Below are positions 38,641 through 52,068 of a stretch of 64,000 nucleotides of DNA, piece by piece (the stretch's first letter is position 1; each line of letters starts with the position of its first letter). The stretch is from Mobula hypostoma. Lineage: Eukaryota. The notes beneath the pieces are model-generated. The model saw only the letters and a list, made by a program, of their open reading frames with translations, made no database searches and was not told where the DNA came from. The translations under genes and the position numbers were made by a program. The stretch is from NCBI RefSeq assembly GCF_963921235.1, contig NC_086123.1, positions 9,238,001 through 9,302,000 on the forward strand. The letters run 5' to 3'.

Positions 38641-40365
38641 GTACCAACAGATTTTTTTAAAAAAACGTCTTAAAACGATGCTGCTCACTAAAGTACTGTA
38701 CCCATGTCTGTGACTGGATTTCAGCTGTAGTGCTCCTAAAAGGGAATATTTCACGATTCCTATCGGAGCTGCATGCAAAGAGTTGCTACTTATCTGCACC
38801 ATCTTAGCTTTAAGATGAATAGGGAAAGTCTTAGGAAGCCAAGAAGGGCAACTTGTTTCCACCGAGAGTAGTGAGTATATGAAACAGGCAGCCAGAGGAA
38901 GTAGTTGACGCAAAACACAGCAACAACATTTGAAAGGCATTTGGACACACAAGTCGATAGGAAAGATTTGAAGGATATGGGAGAAACACTGGTAAATATG
39001 ACAAACTTAGGTGGGCAACTTGATTAGCATGGATGAATTAGGCCAAAAGGCCTGTTCCCACGCTGTATGACTGACAGATGGGATTGCTCTGAACGCTGGC
39101 ATAGACTTGATGGCTGAATGGCACCCCATGTTGTAAGGAAATACGACAAATTAGCAATGGAGTAGAGAATCTGTGAGAATGGATTAGTATGGTTAATATT
39201 CTGTACAAGGACTTAAAAAAAAAAGTACAGCAAAATACAACCAAGCCTGTGGAATTACAGCACGGATGTGAAAGTTCAGTGCGAGAGACTTGCACTGAAC
39301 TTCTTTTTAAATTGGAGTGTGGCATGTAATGACATCATCCTTCAGGTGCTAGTATTAACACCAGTACTCTCTTTGCCATTTATTGACGCATGAACTTGGA
39401 AACAAAGCACAAATTTTGAAGTATGCTTTTGATATGATACTAAGTAATAAACAATAAATAGGACTACAGATGTCAGCAAGGCAAACACAGAAGTTTAATG
39501 CATAACATTTTAATGGGAGAAATGAGAGAAGAGGTAAACAAACTAAATTTAAAGAGGATACAGAGAGAAAACAGAAAGCCAGGAAATAGAATATGTACCT
39601 ACACAGATTTTTACAGGTGGTAAGAAAAGTTAAGAATACCATTTAAACGAAGAATTATAATTGAGATACAATGGGTGCAGAAAGTATATAGCAACAGAAC
39701 TGAATAGGTGTTGGGAAAGTACAAGGTGCCACCTTTTCAGAATAAGACAATAGCTGTTGTCAAGATGCAAAGGAAATTTACCAGAAAGCAGGTAACCTGG
39801 TACCTGCTACCTGGTAGTTGGAGATATTTGGGTTTTTCCCCACCTTATAGCAAAGGTGCTTTGGAGACTTGTGTGTTTAAAAAAAAATCAGAACAAATGT
39901 TTTCAAAGAATTAGTAACGAGAAACTGCTTCCACTCTTAGACATGCGTCTGATCACAATAAACAAACTGGAGGTTTGGCGAAAGGCTATGCAAATATGCG
40001 AGGCCAGTAAGGTGGTTAAGTTACTTTCAACTCTGCCTATTGTGTTCATGAGTATTATTCAGAATGAAGGGTGATTTTTTTTCCATTTCGTTTCTTCAGA
40101 AATTAGCGTGGATGAATAACCCAATCAACCTTTTATTCCTTTTCAACCTAAATTCTTGGGCTCTCCTGGAGAACTAGAAGCCATACATCCCTATAAAATG
40201 GAGATGAGGAGGAATTTCTTTAGCCAGAGGGTGGTGAATCTGTGGAATTCAATTGTCACAGACAGATAAAGAGGCCTAATTCTGCTCCTGTGGGTTATGG
40301 TGTTATGTTGAAATTTAATTCACAAGTTAAACAGCCTGTTTATACTTCAACCTCATGATAAAGTA

Positions 40366-40747
40366 CAGTGCTGTGCAAAAGTCTTAGGCACCCAAACTAC
40401 ACGTGTGCCAAAGACTTTTGCACAAAACTGCCTTTGTCAACATGGAAACGGTGAGGGAGTTTGTAAATCTGGTGGGAGCAAAGGATGTGGGGAATGGACC
40501 TCTGGGAGAAGTGTGGGACAGGTGCCAGAGGAGTACTTGCTTCCTCTCCTCTTCCTTCCTTTCCCCAGTGGTGATTCCCCTCTCCCTGCCTCCTTCCCAC
40601 TCTCAGTCCACAAAAGAGACCCATATCAGAATCAGTTTATTATCGCGTCGGCAGGAGTATAGTGCAATACATAAAATTACTCAAGTATTCAAATACTCAA
40701 ACACACACGTACATACACACACACACACAGACTTTTGCACAGGACTG
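40366..40747. mobile_element. Tc1/mariner-type MITE
   Basis: TIRs cagtgctgtgcaaaagtc / gacttttgcacaggactg with TA TSDs; extra internal TIR copy at about 40411-40430. Confidence 0.7.
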
Positions 40748-40778
40748 TATTGAAAGGAAAATAAAGGTTTTCATTTAC

Positions 40779-40910
40779 CTTTCTGTTGTAGGTCCCATAC
40801 ACGCAAAGTTGTGTCTCGTGATGCAGAGACCAGCATGAAGTTTTTGTTGGAGATAAAAGCAAAACACCTCACCACAGCCTGATGGCCTTTTAAATTGAAG
40901 AGTAGATGCG
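40779..40910 (-). CDS. WSB2: WSB2 exon 4 (132 bp)
   Basis: HLLFNLKGHQAVVRCFAFISNKNFMLVSASRDTTLRVWDLQQK; tag|...|gtaaat. Confidence 0.94.
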
Positions 40911-42987
40911 CTACAACAGAAACAGATAACAACATGCTATGAAAATACAATCCTTTCTATCACATGTCAGTGCATAGAACATTTGCTGGGTCTGACTCTG
41001 GAGAAAACTTCGAGGAGTTTAGCTTTCCCATATCCTTCTTGCCAATATTTAATACCTAGGCTTGCAAAATACTTAACTGCAGTGGAGAAGATCAATCCAA
41101 TATGTGCAAAACGTATGAGCTGTAACATATTGCCATGAGATTAACCCAAGATTATTCTCATACCTTTCTACTATACAACATGGAATACAAAAGCACAGGA
41201 GCAGGAGCAGACCACTTGTCAGCATGAAACATGTTTAGCTGTCAAAATCTCTGCTCTTCGTTAAAATCGTGACTGCCCTCATCTTTATACTCCTGCCCAT
41301 TTCTCCATACTCACAATTGCCTCAGAGGCCAAAAAACCTGCCCATCTCAGCCTTGATCATGCCTATAGAATTCCCAAGATTCACAGCCCTTAAAAGGAGA
41401 AATTAACTTCTCACCTCAATCTTAAATGAGTGACTTTTAATTTCAAAAGTCTGCCCCCAATTCTAGATTTCCCCCACAAGGGGGAAGCATCCTCTCGAAA
41501 ACTCTTTTTAACACCCCTGAGAATATTAAGTATTTCATTAAAATTACCTCTCATTCTTTTAAACTTGCAAGTTCTGTTTCAACCTGTTCAACTTTTCATA
41601 ATGTCAACCCTTTACCCCAGGAATCAATATAATGAACTTCCTTTGAAATGCCACTGCAGCAGGTTTATCCCTTATGTTAGAAGGCCAAAAACTAGTCACA
41701 GTTCTCCATATATGGTCTCACCAATTGTACAATACTTTCAAAACTGCAACCCCTTTTCAGTCAAAGATCAGTTAACAAATATTGGGTGTGAAACTCTTCA
41801 CAGTAAGAAATAACTTTATCGATGTTACTTTTTATTTTTTAAAAAATGCTCTAGCCAATTGTTCAGAAAAGAAATCCCCAAAATATAATTTTACTCTGAT
41901 CCTGACCTAACACCTTAGCATCCATTCATCATACACTGGATCTTATGTTTCTCACGCGTTCTATCATTAGCACATTCCTATATGCTTCACTTTATGATGA
42001 CCATTACTTAACTTGAATACCTTGCTATCATATCAATGAAAAGGAACCAAACTTGTTTCTGAAGTTCAAAGCAGAAAGAAACAACACTGAAGGAATACCA
42101 TTGCAAGCATGAACATGCCCGGTTGTCAATGGGACCATTTGCAACATTAAACAGTTAGAATGCACTTTTGCATCTTGTAGTTCATCATGCAATGGCATCT
42201 CCACGGTTTGCTTGCACAATACATGCCAATGATATAGTTTAGAGGAGTGTCCGTGGAGTCACCAGGGAGGGGCTGCTGACTCGGGGTGTGCTCCTTTTGG
42301 TTTCTCTGACAGTACATTCCAAATTCCTAACGGAGGATGAGAACACACTAAGCTACAATTCCCCTGAACACCTTATAACTAGCCTTAGGACTTGCATCAC
42401 CAGGTTCAAGAACAATGACTATCCCTCAACCATCAGGCTCTTGACCAAAAGGTGATAACTACACTCAGTTACCCATCCATTGAGATGTTCCCACAACTAA
42501 TGATCTCACTACGAGGAATCTATCTTGTTATCTCATGTTCTCGTTATTTATTGAAATCTGCATTTGCAGTTTGTCATCTTCTGAGCTCCAGCTGATCTTC
42601 CATTGATATAGTTACTATTCTATAGACTTGCTGAGTGCACCTGTAGGAAAATGAATATCAGGGTTGTATATGGTGACATGTATGTACTCTGATAATAAAA
42701 TTTACTTTGAACTTTGAGAGCAGCAGACACGTGGTATCAGCCCGAGCTGCAAGGTCCCTCAACATCACACATGGTCTTGACTACCACCAGACTTTCAAGG
42801 TCACTATGTCTAAACTCTAGGATTTCTATGCCTAAAAACTCTGTGGGATTACCTTTCTCAGAAAATAAACAACACTGTTTCTACATCGCACACACGAGGA
42901 AATCTGCAGATGCTGGCATTTCAAGCAACACACATGAAAGTTGCTGGTGAACGCCGCAGGCCAGGCAGCATCTCTAGGAAGAGGTAC

Positions 42988-43023
42988 AGTTGACGTTTCA
43001 GGCTGAGACCCTTCGTCAGGACT
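42988..43023 (-). ncRNA. Minimal hammerhead motif, left-arm copy with stem I mismatch
   Basis: agtc-CTGACGA-agg(gtctcag)cct-GAAA-cg-TC-aact; C:A mismatch next to the cleavage site. Confidence 0.65.
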
Positions 43024-44420
43024 AACTGAAAGAAGAGCTTGTAAGAGATTTGAAAGTGAGAGGGGGGAAAAGGGAAGATCCGAAATGATAGGAGAAGACA
43101 GGAGGGGGAGGGATGTAGCCAAGAGCTGGACAGTTGATTGGCAAAAGGGATATGAGAGGATCATGGGACAGGAGGCCCAGGGAGAAAGAAAGGGGGGGGG
43201 GAACCAGAGGATGGGCAAGGAGAATAGTGAGGGGGACAGAGGAAGAAAAAGGAGAGAGAGAGAAAGAATAAATGTGTGTATATTAATAAATAACAGATGG
43301 GGTACGAGGGGGAGGTGGGGCATTAACGGAAGTTAGAGAAGTCAATGTTCATGCCATTGGGTTGGAGGCTACCCAGACGGAATATGAAGTGTTGTTCCTC
43401 CAACCTGAGCGTGGCTTCATCTTTACAGTAGAGGCGGCCCTGGATAGACATATCAGAATGGGAATGGGATGTGGAATTAAAATGTGTGGCCACTGGAAGA
43501 TCCTGCTTTTTCTGGTGGACAGAGCGTAGGTGTTCAGCGAAATGATCTCCCAGTCTGCGTCGGGTCTCGCCAATATATAGAAGGCCACATCGGGAGCACC
43601 GGATGCAGTATATCACCCCAGCCGACTCACAGGTGAAGTGTCGCCTCACCTGGAAGGACCATTCAGGGCTTGTCCATTTGTCCTCATCCCTCCCCACCGA
43701 TCTCCCTCCTGGCATTTATCCTTGTAAGTGGAACAAGTGCTACACATGCCCTTACACTTCCTCCCTCTCTACCATTCAGAGCCCCAGACAGTCCTTCCAG
43801 GTGAGGCGAAACTTCACCTGTGAGTTGGCTGGGGTGATATACTGCATCCGGTGCTCCCGATGTGGCCTTCTATTTATTGGCGAGACCCGACGCAGACTGG
43901 GAGATCGTTTTGCTGAACACCTACGCTCTGCCCGCCAGAGAAAGCAGGATCTCCCAGTGGCCACACATTTTAATTCCACATCCCATTCCCATTCTGACAT
44001 GTCTATCCACGGCCTCCTCTACTGTAAAGATGAAACCACACTCAGGTTGGAGGAACAACACCTTATATTCTGTCTGGGTACCTTCAACCTGATGGCATGA
44101 ACACTGACTTCTCAAACTTCCGCTAATGCCCCACCTCCCCCTCATACCCCATCCGTTATTTATTTATATATACACATTCTTTCTCTCACTCTCCTTTTTC
44201 TCCCTCTGTCCCCCTCACTATACCCTTTGCCCATCCTCTGGTTCCCCCCCCCCCTTTTCTTTCTCCCTGGGCCTCCTGTCCCATGATCCTCTCATATCCC
44301 TTTTGCCAATCAACTGTCCAGCTCTTGGCTCCATCCCTCCCCCTCCTGTCTTCTCCTATCATTTCAGATCTCCCCCTCCCCCTCCCACTTTCAAATCTCT
44401 TACTAGCTCTTCTTTCAGTT

Positions 44421-44456
44421 AGTCCTGACGAAGGGTCTCGGCCTGAAACGTCGACT
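44421..44456 (+). ncRNA. Minimal type I hammerhead ribozyme motif (Penelope-associated)
   Basis: agtc-CTGACGA-agg(gtctcgg)cct-GAAA-cg-TC-gact: intact core, stem I agtc/gact, stem II agg/cct, palindromic ACGT stem III; predicted cleavage after C44452. Confidence 0.8.
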
Positions 44457-46319
44457 GCGCCTCTTCCTATAGATGCTGCCTGGCCTGCTGCGTTCACCAG
44501 CAGCTTTGATGTGTGTTGCTGTTTCTACATGTTACTTCGTCTGTATTCTGAAGGCTCACCACACCTTCCGAAAGGCAATTCATGACGGACAACAAATGGT
44601 CAGATACAAGTGAACAAAAAAAAACTAATGCAGATGTCAAGCTAATGTAATATTCTAGAATGCAAACTTCCCAGGGCAGCCCACAGAGGAGGAAACATAC
44701 CTCTCTGCCAAAACTGACAAAGTGGCAGCATTAGCACTTAGAGGCAGGCCAGTTTCCTGGTTGAGAATCGGAATGTTTGAAGGATTTACTGACCAGTTAC
44801 TTGCATTACAGGATCTTTCCTGATGGCCCTGTAGCTAACAAAAAGTAACACTATACATTAAATAGGTGTACTTTTCAGAGCTCATTCAATGTACGTACTG
44901 GAATAAACATAACACCCTTACATGTCAATAGCATTCTCATTGAAAATAAAGACATTACTCACAATACTTTGATTTTAACCCCGTATACAAAAGGTACTGA
45001 TATTTAATCACTGGATATCTTTATATTGGAAAATGCAATTGCAGATATAAATACATGATTTTCTTTTTTAAAAAAAAAGGCTATGCTCTGTAAACTGAAG
45101 GACAACATACTCTCTTGCTCTTGAATACTTTGGACTCCACATTCTGAAAATCACCTCAAACAGTAATTTTCCCAAATATTACAAATGATCTCATCAATTC
45201 ATCTTATGCAGCATAAAATAAAATAAACCTCAGTGCACGGACCAGTGTGGAAGAATCGTGGGGAAATAGGCTGGGTTTTTATTCCCTGGAACGAAGGAAC
45301 CCGAGGGATGATCTAATTAAGGTTTATATAAAATAACAGGCATTGGTAGGGTAGATGGTCAGAATCAGTTTTCTCCTTGGAGAGAGAGAAAAAAAAACAA
45401 GAGCATAGATTTAAGGTTAGAAGACGACATTTCATTGGGGATTTGACAGGAAAGATGTCTTAAGAAAAGGTGGTTGATAATCTGGAGCTCTGTCACAGTA
45501 AGTGGTGAAATCAGATACAATCTGATTAAAAGGGTATTTACAGAGGCACTTAAATGGACGAGGCACAGCAAAACAGCTTAATGTAGACAAATGAGATTAG
45601 TATTCTTGGGTAAAAAAGTTGCCATTGATGTAGTGAGCCAGAAGTTTCATAGAGATAACACTAAGCTGCCTTTGCCATAATTAATATAGTGAGAACACCA
45701 TACAAACAATTGGCTCAGAATTCAGTATTGTTAAAAACAAAACATTCCGAGTGACCCTAGATCAAGTTGCTCATAGATATATAAAATGTTTACATGTTGA
45801 TAAACAGTTCGTTTCACTGGAACCACGTGATCTAATAAATACAAATACATTGCTCATCTTAAAATGCATGCAGAAATATGCTGCCTGTTTATTGTAGATT
45901 ATATGATGTTGTAATAATGAAAATGAACCTTAGTAAAAATTCATGTCTGACCAACATAATTCCTCCCAGCAGCAACCCTAGCCAAGTGAATCTAAGGGAT
46001 GGGCAAATCGAATAAGAGCAACTCTGTTATAGTTGAGTGATTGTAAATAATGGGATGGGTTAAAAATAAATCCTTTTAAAGAAAGGCACTCCTGTTGATG
46101 ATTACATTGAGGTTTCAACTCTACTGTTGCATTCAAAAACCAAGTATATAGATTAGAGGAAACAATAAATGGTTTCCAAGTAAAACTCTATTTAACATTC
46201 AGCCTAGCCCATCACAAATCATCCAAGCAATGAAAGGAGGTTGAAACAAGAAATGGCAGTCACCTTTTGTTGGGCACCCCTCCCATAATAGCTCCCAAAT
46301 TCACTGAACCTTTGCAAGT

Positions 46320-46445
46320 CATACAAAATGTAGGAGGAACTCAGGTCTATGGAAAAGAGTAAACATTCGACATTTCAGGCTGAGATCCTTCTTCAGGACT
46401 CGGTTGGGGGGGGGGGGAGGAAAGAGGGGGAGAAGATGCCAGAAT
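46320..46445 (-). mobile_element. Short Penelope-end insertion
   Basis: Degenerate hammerhead end; candidate TSD cactgaaccttt / cattgaaccttt. Confidence 0.55.
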
Positions 46446-46654
46446 ATTGAACCTCATTGAACCTTTATTGTTCATTCAATTCCACAGGGAAAATATACAG
46501 ATTTCGAGTGAGAGAGTTTTCGATTAAGCCAGTATTACTGATTCTCTTTTTAAATATAGAAATAATTTGAATCTTGTAATTATACAGGAGAAACATGCAA
46601 AACAACCTAATGCTGATACTTAAATGTGTTCCCAGCTCTACATGCAGCTGAACA

Positions 46655-47595
46655 AATTTGCAAGAAAAAGTTTATGAACACTTTGCAATTAACTGGTCTT
46701 CTGCATTAATTATTCATAAAATGTGGTCTGATCATCATCTATGTCACAATAATAGTCAAACATAATCTGCCTAAACTAATAAAACACAAACAATTGTACT
46801 TTTCATGTCTTTATTGAACACATTGTTTAGTCATTCACAGTCCAGGCTGCAAAAAGTATGTGACCCCTTGTAGTTAATAACTGGTAGAACCTCCTGAACA
46901 GCAATAACTCCACCAAACGTTTTCTGTAGCTGCAGATCAGACTTGCACGATGGTGAGGAGGAATCTTAGACCACTCCTCCATGCAGACTGTTTCAATTCA
47001 TCAATATTTCTGGGATACCTTGAGTGAACAGCTGTCTTCAGGTTGTGCCGTAGCATCTCCATTGGGTTAAGGTCTGGACTCTGACTTGGCCATTCCAAAT
47101 CACAAATTTTCTTTTTAAACCATTCTGTTGTTGATTTACTATTGTGTTTTGGATCACTGTCTGGTATCATCCAACTTCTATTAAGCTTCGGGTGACAGAC
47201 TGCTGCCCTAACATACCCTTGTAAAATGTCTTAATACAATCTTGAATTCACTGTTCCCTCAAAGACTGCAAGTTGTCCGGGCCCTGAGGCAGTAAGGCAG
47301 CCCCAAACCATGATGCTCCTTCCACCAGGCTTTATAGTTGGGATAAGGTTTTGGTGTTGGTGTGCTGTGCCCTTTTTCCTTCAAACACAGCGGTGTGCAT
47401 TTCTGCCAAAAATGTCAACTATTGTCTCATCTGTCCACAGAACATTGTCCTAGAAGTGTTGTGGAATATCCAGGTGGTCTTTTGCAAACTTGATACATGA
47501 AGCAATGTTTTTTACTGGAGAGCAGTGGCTTCCTCCATGGTGTCCTTCCATGAACACCATTCTTGTTCAACGTTCTTCCTTACGGTGGGCATATG
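46655..47595 (-). mobile_element. Tc1 transposon 3' part
   Basis: DPKHNSKST..W...LEWPSQSPDLNPME Tc1 catalytic-domain motif; IR/DR-like terminal sequences. Confidence 0.85.
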
Positions 47596-47986
47596 ATCTC
47601 CATCAGGATGGCCCTTAAAGTACTACAGTTAATTTTAAGTGTCTTTGAGTTAGCAAAGGAAGATACAATTTCATATCCCACAAGATCATAAAACATTTGG
47701 AGGCACGCTTAATCAGTCAAACTGTGAACCACCCTCTCCCCACGCTGAAAATATACTCACTGTCAGCATCTACCACACGTCAGACACTTACGTTTGATTT
47801 AAAAAAACTCCTGAGAGGTATTTGCATCACTGAACCTATAACTTCCAGGAGGTTAATATTTTGAGAGAGGAAAAATAGATATTTTGCATACAAATGGTTT
47901 AAAGGCAGCTGCTCCTCTGGGTGACAAGTACATTCTATCACCACAACACCATTGCCAACATAACAGGATACCTCAAGACATTTTAC

Positions 47987-48207
47987 CGGTAGGCACTTCC
48001 CACAGTTTGATTTCTCCATTTGAAAGACCTGTGGCGAGGATCATTCCCGAGCGCTTGCTCTGGTTCGCTGACGACTGACTTCTGTTCTCAGAGGGAGGGG
48101 ATCCAATTGCTAACCCCCACACATTCTGACCACAGTCGATTATCTTTTCACCACACTGGCTTTTTGCCTTGCCATCCGATTTTAAACGACTTGTGCTTTT
48201 ACGGCTT
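47987..48207 (-). CDS. WSB2: WSB2 exon 3 (221 bp)
   Basis: SRKSTSRLKSDGKAKSQCGEKIIDCGQNVWGLAIG...MILATGLSNGEIKLWEVPT; tacag|...|gtaaaa. Confidence 0.93.
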
Positions 48208-48362
48208 CTGTAAAAACGAAAAGGTAAAAATATTGCTGATTAAGAATTCGCTGACCATTTTAGGATGAAAAACTTCTGCCTGTACAAATACAAATCCATT
48301 TGCGCTAGGTCAGCAGCTAACACAGTCTTCACTGTGATGGACCAAGCAAGTGATTTATTTCA

Positions 48363-49128
48363 TATATAACCATATGACAATTACAGCACAGAAACAGGCT
48401 ATCTCGGCCCTTCTAGTCCATGCCGAACTCTTACTCTCACCTAGTCCCACCGACCTGCACTCAGCCCATAACCCTCCATTCCTTTCCTGTCCATATAACT
48501 ATTCAATTTAACTTTAAACGACAACATTGAACCTGTCTCAACCACTTCTGCTGGAAGCTCATTCCACACAGCTACCACTCTCTGAGTAAAGTAGTTCCCC
48601 CTCATGTTACCCCTAAACTTTTGCCCTTTAACTCTCAACTCATGTCCTCTTGTTTGAATCTCCCCCACTCTCAATGGAAAAAGCGTATCCACATCAACTC
48701 TATCTATCCCTCTCATAATCTGAAATACCTCTATCAAGTCCCCCCTCAACCTTCTATGTTCCAAAGAATAAAGACCCAACTTGTTCAACCTTTCTCTGTA
48801 ACTTAGGTGATGAAACCCAGGTAACATTCTAGTAAACCTTCCCTGTACTCTCTCTATTTTGTTGACATCTTTCCTATAATTTGGTGACCAAAACTGTACA
48901 CAATGCTCCAAACTTGGCCTCACCAATGCCTTGTACAATTTCAACATTACATCCCAACTCCTATACTCAGTGCTCTGATTTATAAAGGCCAGCATACCAA
49001 AAGCCTTCTTCACCACCCTGTCCACATGAGATTCCACCTTCAGGGAACTATGCACCATTATTCCTAGATCCCTCTGTTCTACAGCATTCTTCAATGCCCT
49101 ACCATTTACCATGTATGTCCTACTTTGA
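48363..49128 (-). mobile_element. CR1-type LINE 3' end (young)
   Basis: Open ORF: QRDLGIMVH...LYKALVRPSLEHCVQFWSP...RRLRGDLIEVF...FTQRVVAVWNELP. Confidence 0.92.
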
Positions 49129-49229
49129 TGTTCACAGAGAAACCCAAACATTTTAATTGCAGTTATTTTCCTGATAATTCTATGCACATTTAATATTATT
49201 TATTTAACAGCATGTCACAGGAACCAGCC

Positions 49230-49630
49230 TCCTCTCTATGGACTCTGTCTACACTTCTCACTGCCCTAGTAAAGCAGCTAGCGTAATCAAAGACCCAACC
49301 CATACCTGGCATTCTGCCCTTAACCCATCAAGCAGAAGATACAAAAGCCCAAAAGCACGTTCCACCGGGCTGAAAAGCAGCTTCTGTTCCACTGTTATCA
49401 GACTCTTAAATGATTTGAAGGAGGTTTGACCTCACAATCTATATCATTTTGATTTTGCACATCATTGTTTACCTGCACTGCACTCTTTCAGTATCTTTTA
49501 GACTTCATTCTGCATTGTTATTGTTTTACCTTATTCTAGTTCAACACACTGTGTAAAGACTTGATCTGTATAAACACTATGCAATATAAACTTGCACTGT
49601 ATCCTGGAATATATGACAAGAACAAATCAA
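49230..49630 (+). mobile_element. Rex1/Babar-like LINE 3' fragment
   Basis: KAASVIKDPTH...SRRYKS...KSSFCSTVIRLLN. Confidence 0.6.
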
Positions 49631-50149
49631 TGCCAATATTCATTTGTATAACACAGAAACCAACCAGTCCAGCTTTCCTCGCCCAACCAGCAGGTTAAGC
49701 ATTATAGCTAAACAGTTTCCACGTAAATAGATGTATCCTATCCAACTTAATTACTAGCAGAAAGGGCAACACCACTCTGTTGGTAAAGTAGTTTCGTAGT
49801 TGTTCGCAGGCTGACAATGACATTTCAATTCTTAAACATTGCACAGCCTCTGAAATCCAATGATTAAGTTTACCAAGATATAATGATTCAGACATTTTTC
49901 TAGACAGGTCAAAGGTTCACATGTCTGTGGCTAGATTATCTCAACAAGGTGGTAGATATGTAACATTTCATCCGGGAAACACAAAGTTATGGCTTGGGCG
50001 CTTTGTGTTTAAGAAGAATTAGCCAGGGTTCCTCCTCACAGCTCAGTGGATCTGTGTTTGTTTGGACATCATGTGAGATTAGCTCATGATCTCCTGTAAT
50101 ATTCTCAAGGTTAGTACAATCTCAGATGGCCATGAGAAGGCATATAGGA

Positions 50150-51000
50150 CTGAGACAGATCAGCTGGTTGAATAGTGTCGAAACAGTAACCTCGCACTCA
50201 ATGTCAGCAACAAACAAGGAACCGACTTCGGACTTCAAAAAAAAGGGAAAAGAGAGCAGTTCTCACTGAGGGGTCAGTAGCGAGAAGGATGAGCAGCTTC
50301 AAGTTTTTCTGCGTTAGTGTCTCAGAGGATCTGTACTGGGCCCAACGTATTGCAGCAGTAACAGAAGATAGCAGCAGTACTTCATTAAGAGCTTGAGGAG
50401 ATTTGGTACGTCAAAGACTCGGTAGGTGTACGGCAGAGAGCATTCTAAGTGCTCTGGACCTGCCATGCACAGGATCTCAAGAAGCTGCAGAGAGTTCAGA
50501 CTAAACTAGGTCTATCACGAGCACAACCCCCTCACCCTCCCACCAAAAATCAAAGACATTCATTTACTTAGTGATTCAGTGCAGATTAGGCCCTTCTGGC
50601 CCATCAAGCTATACTACCCCAGCAATCCCAACCTAATTCTGGGACAATTTACAATGACCATTTAACCTACCCAATACGTCTTTGGACTCGCAAAAGGAAA
50701 CCGTCAAGAGGAGTGTCTCAAGAAGGTGGCATCCATTATTGCGGACCCTCACCATCCGGGACATGCCCTCTTCTTATTACTACCATTAGGGAGAAGCTAC
50801 AGGAGCCTGAAGATGCACACTCATCAATTTAGGAACAGTTTCTTCCCCTCTAATCAGATTTAAGAATATTTGATAAACTACCTCATTATTCATCTTTTCC
50901 ACTATTAGTTCTTAGAGATTTTTATGTCTTTACACTGTACTGCTGCTGTAAAACAACAAACTTCACATCATTTGTTGGTCATAATAAACCCAATTCTGAA
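50150..51000 (+). mobile_element. Rex1/Babar-like LINE fragment with nested V-SINE piece (about 50570-50700, -)
   Basis: NNLALNV-like and HPGHALF motifs; aataaa tail. Confidence 0.55.
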
Positions 51001-52068
51001 ACTGCAGTAAATAATGCCCACTTGCACAAGATTGCAGAGGATAACCAATAGTACTGAGTCATTCCACAAGGAAGGTTATCTAAAGAAAAAGGAAGATTGG
51101 TAGCGAAGATTACAAAGCTAATATAATCAGATATATTTTTTTCAAAGACTTATGTTTATATTAATTAACATCGAGCTAGAAGAGTGGAACATCATCTGCA
51201 GTTCCTCATCCTTGGAACAATTCTAGTAATTGTTTCTGAATTCTCTGAAGGACCTTCTCATTTTTCCCTCCCACAGTGTACTGACTGAAATTGGAGAATG
51301 TACCCCATGCATTGATATTCAAATCAAGAATCCTCACCCTGAACTCTGAGAAGCACCAATTTCTTCCAGAACAGCCATTTATCACATTTCCGCTCTCTGC
51401 CCCATCCTTCATACTCCAGACTATTTATTCTAAGTAGATCTTTTTTTGTGTAACGTTTCACAGCTTCTGATAATGCATAAAGCTGATAACTGCATTCCTT
51501 TAATCAACTTTTCATATTGGCAACCAATAATAAGTTTGCTTTTAAATCCTTGTTAGCTTCCCCTTTATAATTCATGCTTCTGCAAGTGACTGTTAATTTT
51601 CTCTTATCAACTCACCCTATTCTTTCTAAAGGCTTTCCTACCAAAAGTTAAACCGTCAAGTTTGTGATTACTGAGCATATCCTCACAATGGTTTTAAACA
51701 AGGTTTCATACTTCGCATTTTATAGGCCACTGGAACTCCCCTGCATTTCCTGACACAGACCAGCTTCAATTGGTGCCATCCACATAGGATACAGATCTCT
51801 GATAACATTGGACAACAATTTTTCTCGAAATTGTTGCTTCTTCAGAAATTTATTTTGTTTATGATAGACTGCTTGGAGCAGAACACAAATATAATTTCAG
51901 ACTACTTGTATCACGTAGGAATTTGGAGAAACAAATTAACTTTCTCTGAATATAGTGTGTTTAATTGTGTAACAGTGCTGATGCCTTGCAATACTGTAGT
52001 TCAACTTAGCTAAAACTGTTTTGTTGATGACTTTCATTAGTACTTAGTGTCTGAGGCTTCCCGCTTAA

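Larger units (their letters stand above)
42887..44518. mobile_element. Fold-back Penelope-like (Neptune-type) retroelement with GIY-YIG endonuclease remnants in both arms
   Basis: Inverted arms 42924-43659 / 43791-44520; GVIYCIRCSRCGLLYIGETRRRLGD.FAEH...HFN motif on both strands; Cys-rich linker CKWNKCYTC; 12-bp TSD ctgtttctacat at 42875-42886 and 44519-44530. Confidence 0.92.

Noticed and set aside
43323-44100. Host GIY-YIG nuclease genes on both strands
   Set aside because: Both are truncated Penelope endonuclease remnants in the arms of one inverted repeat, with no RT or proper start.
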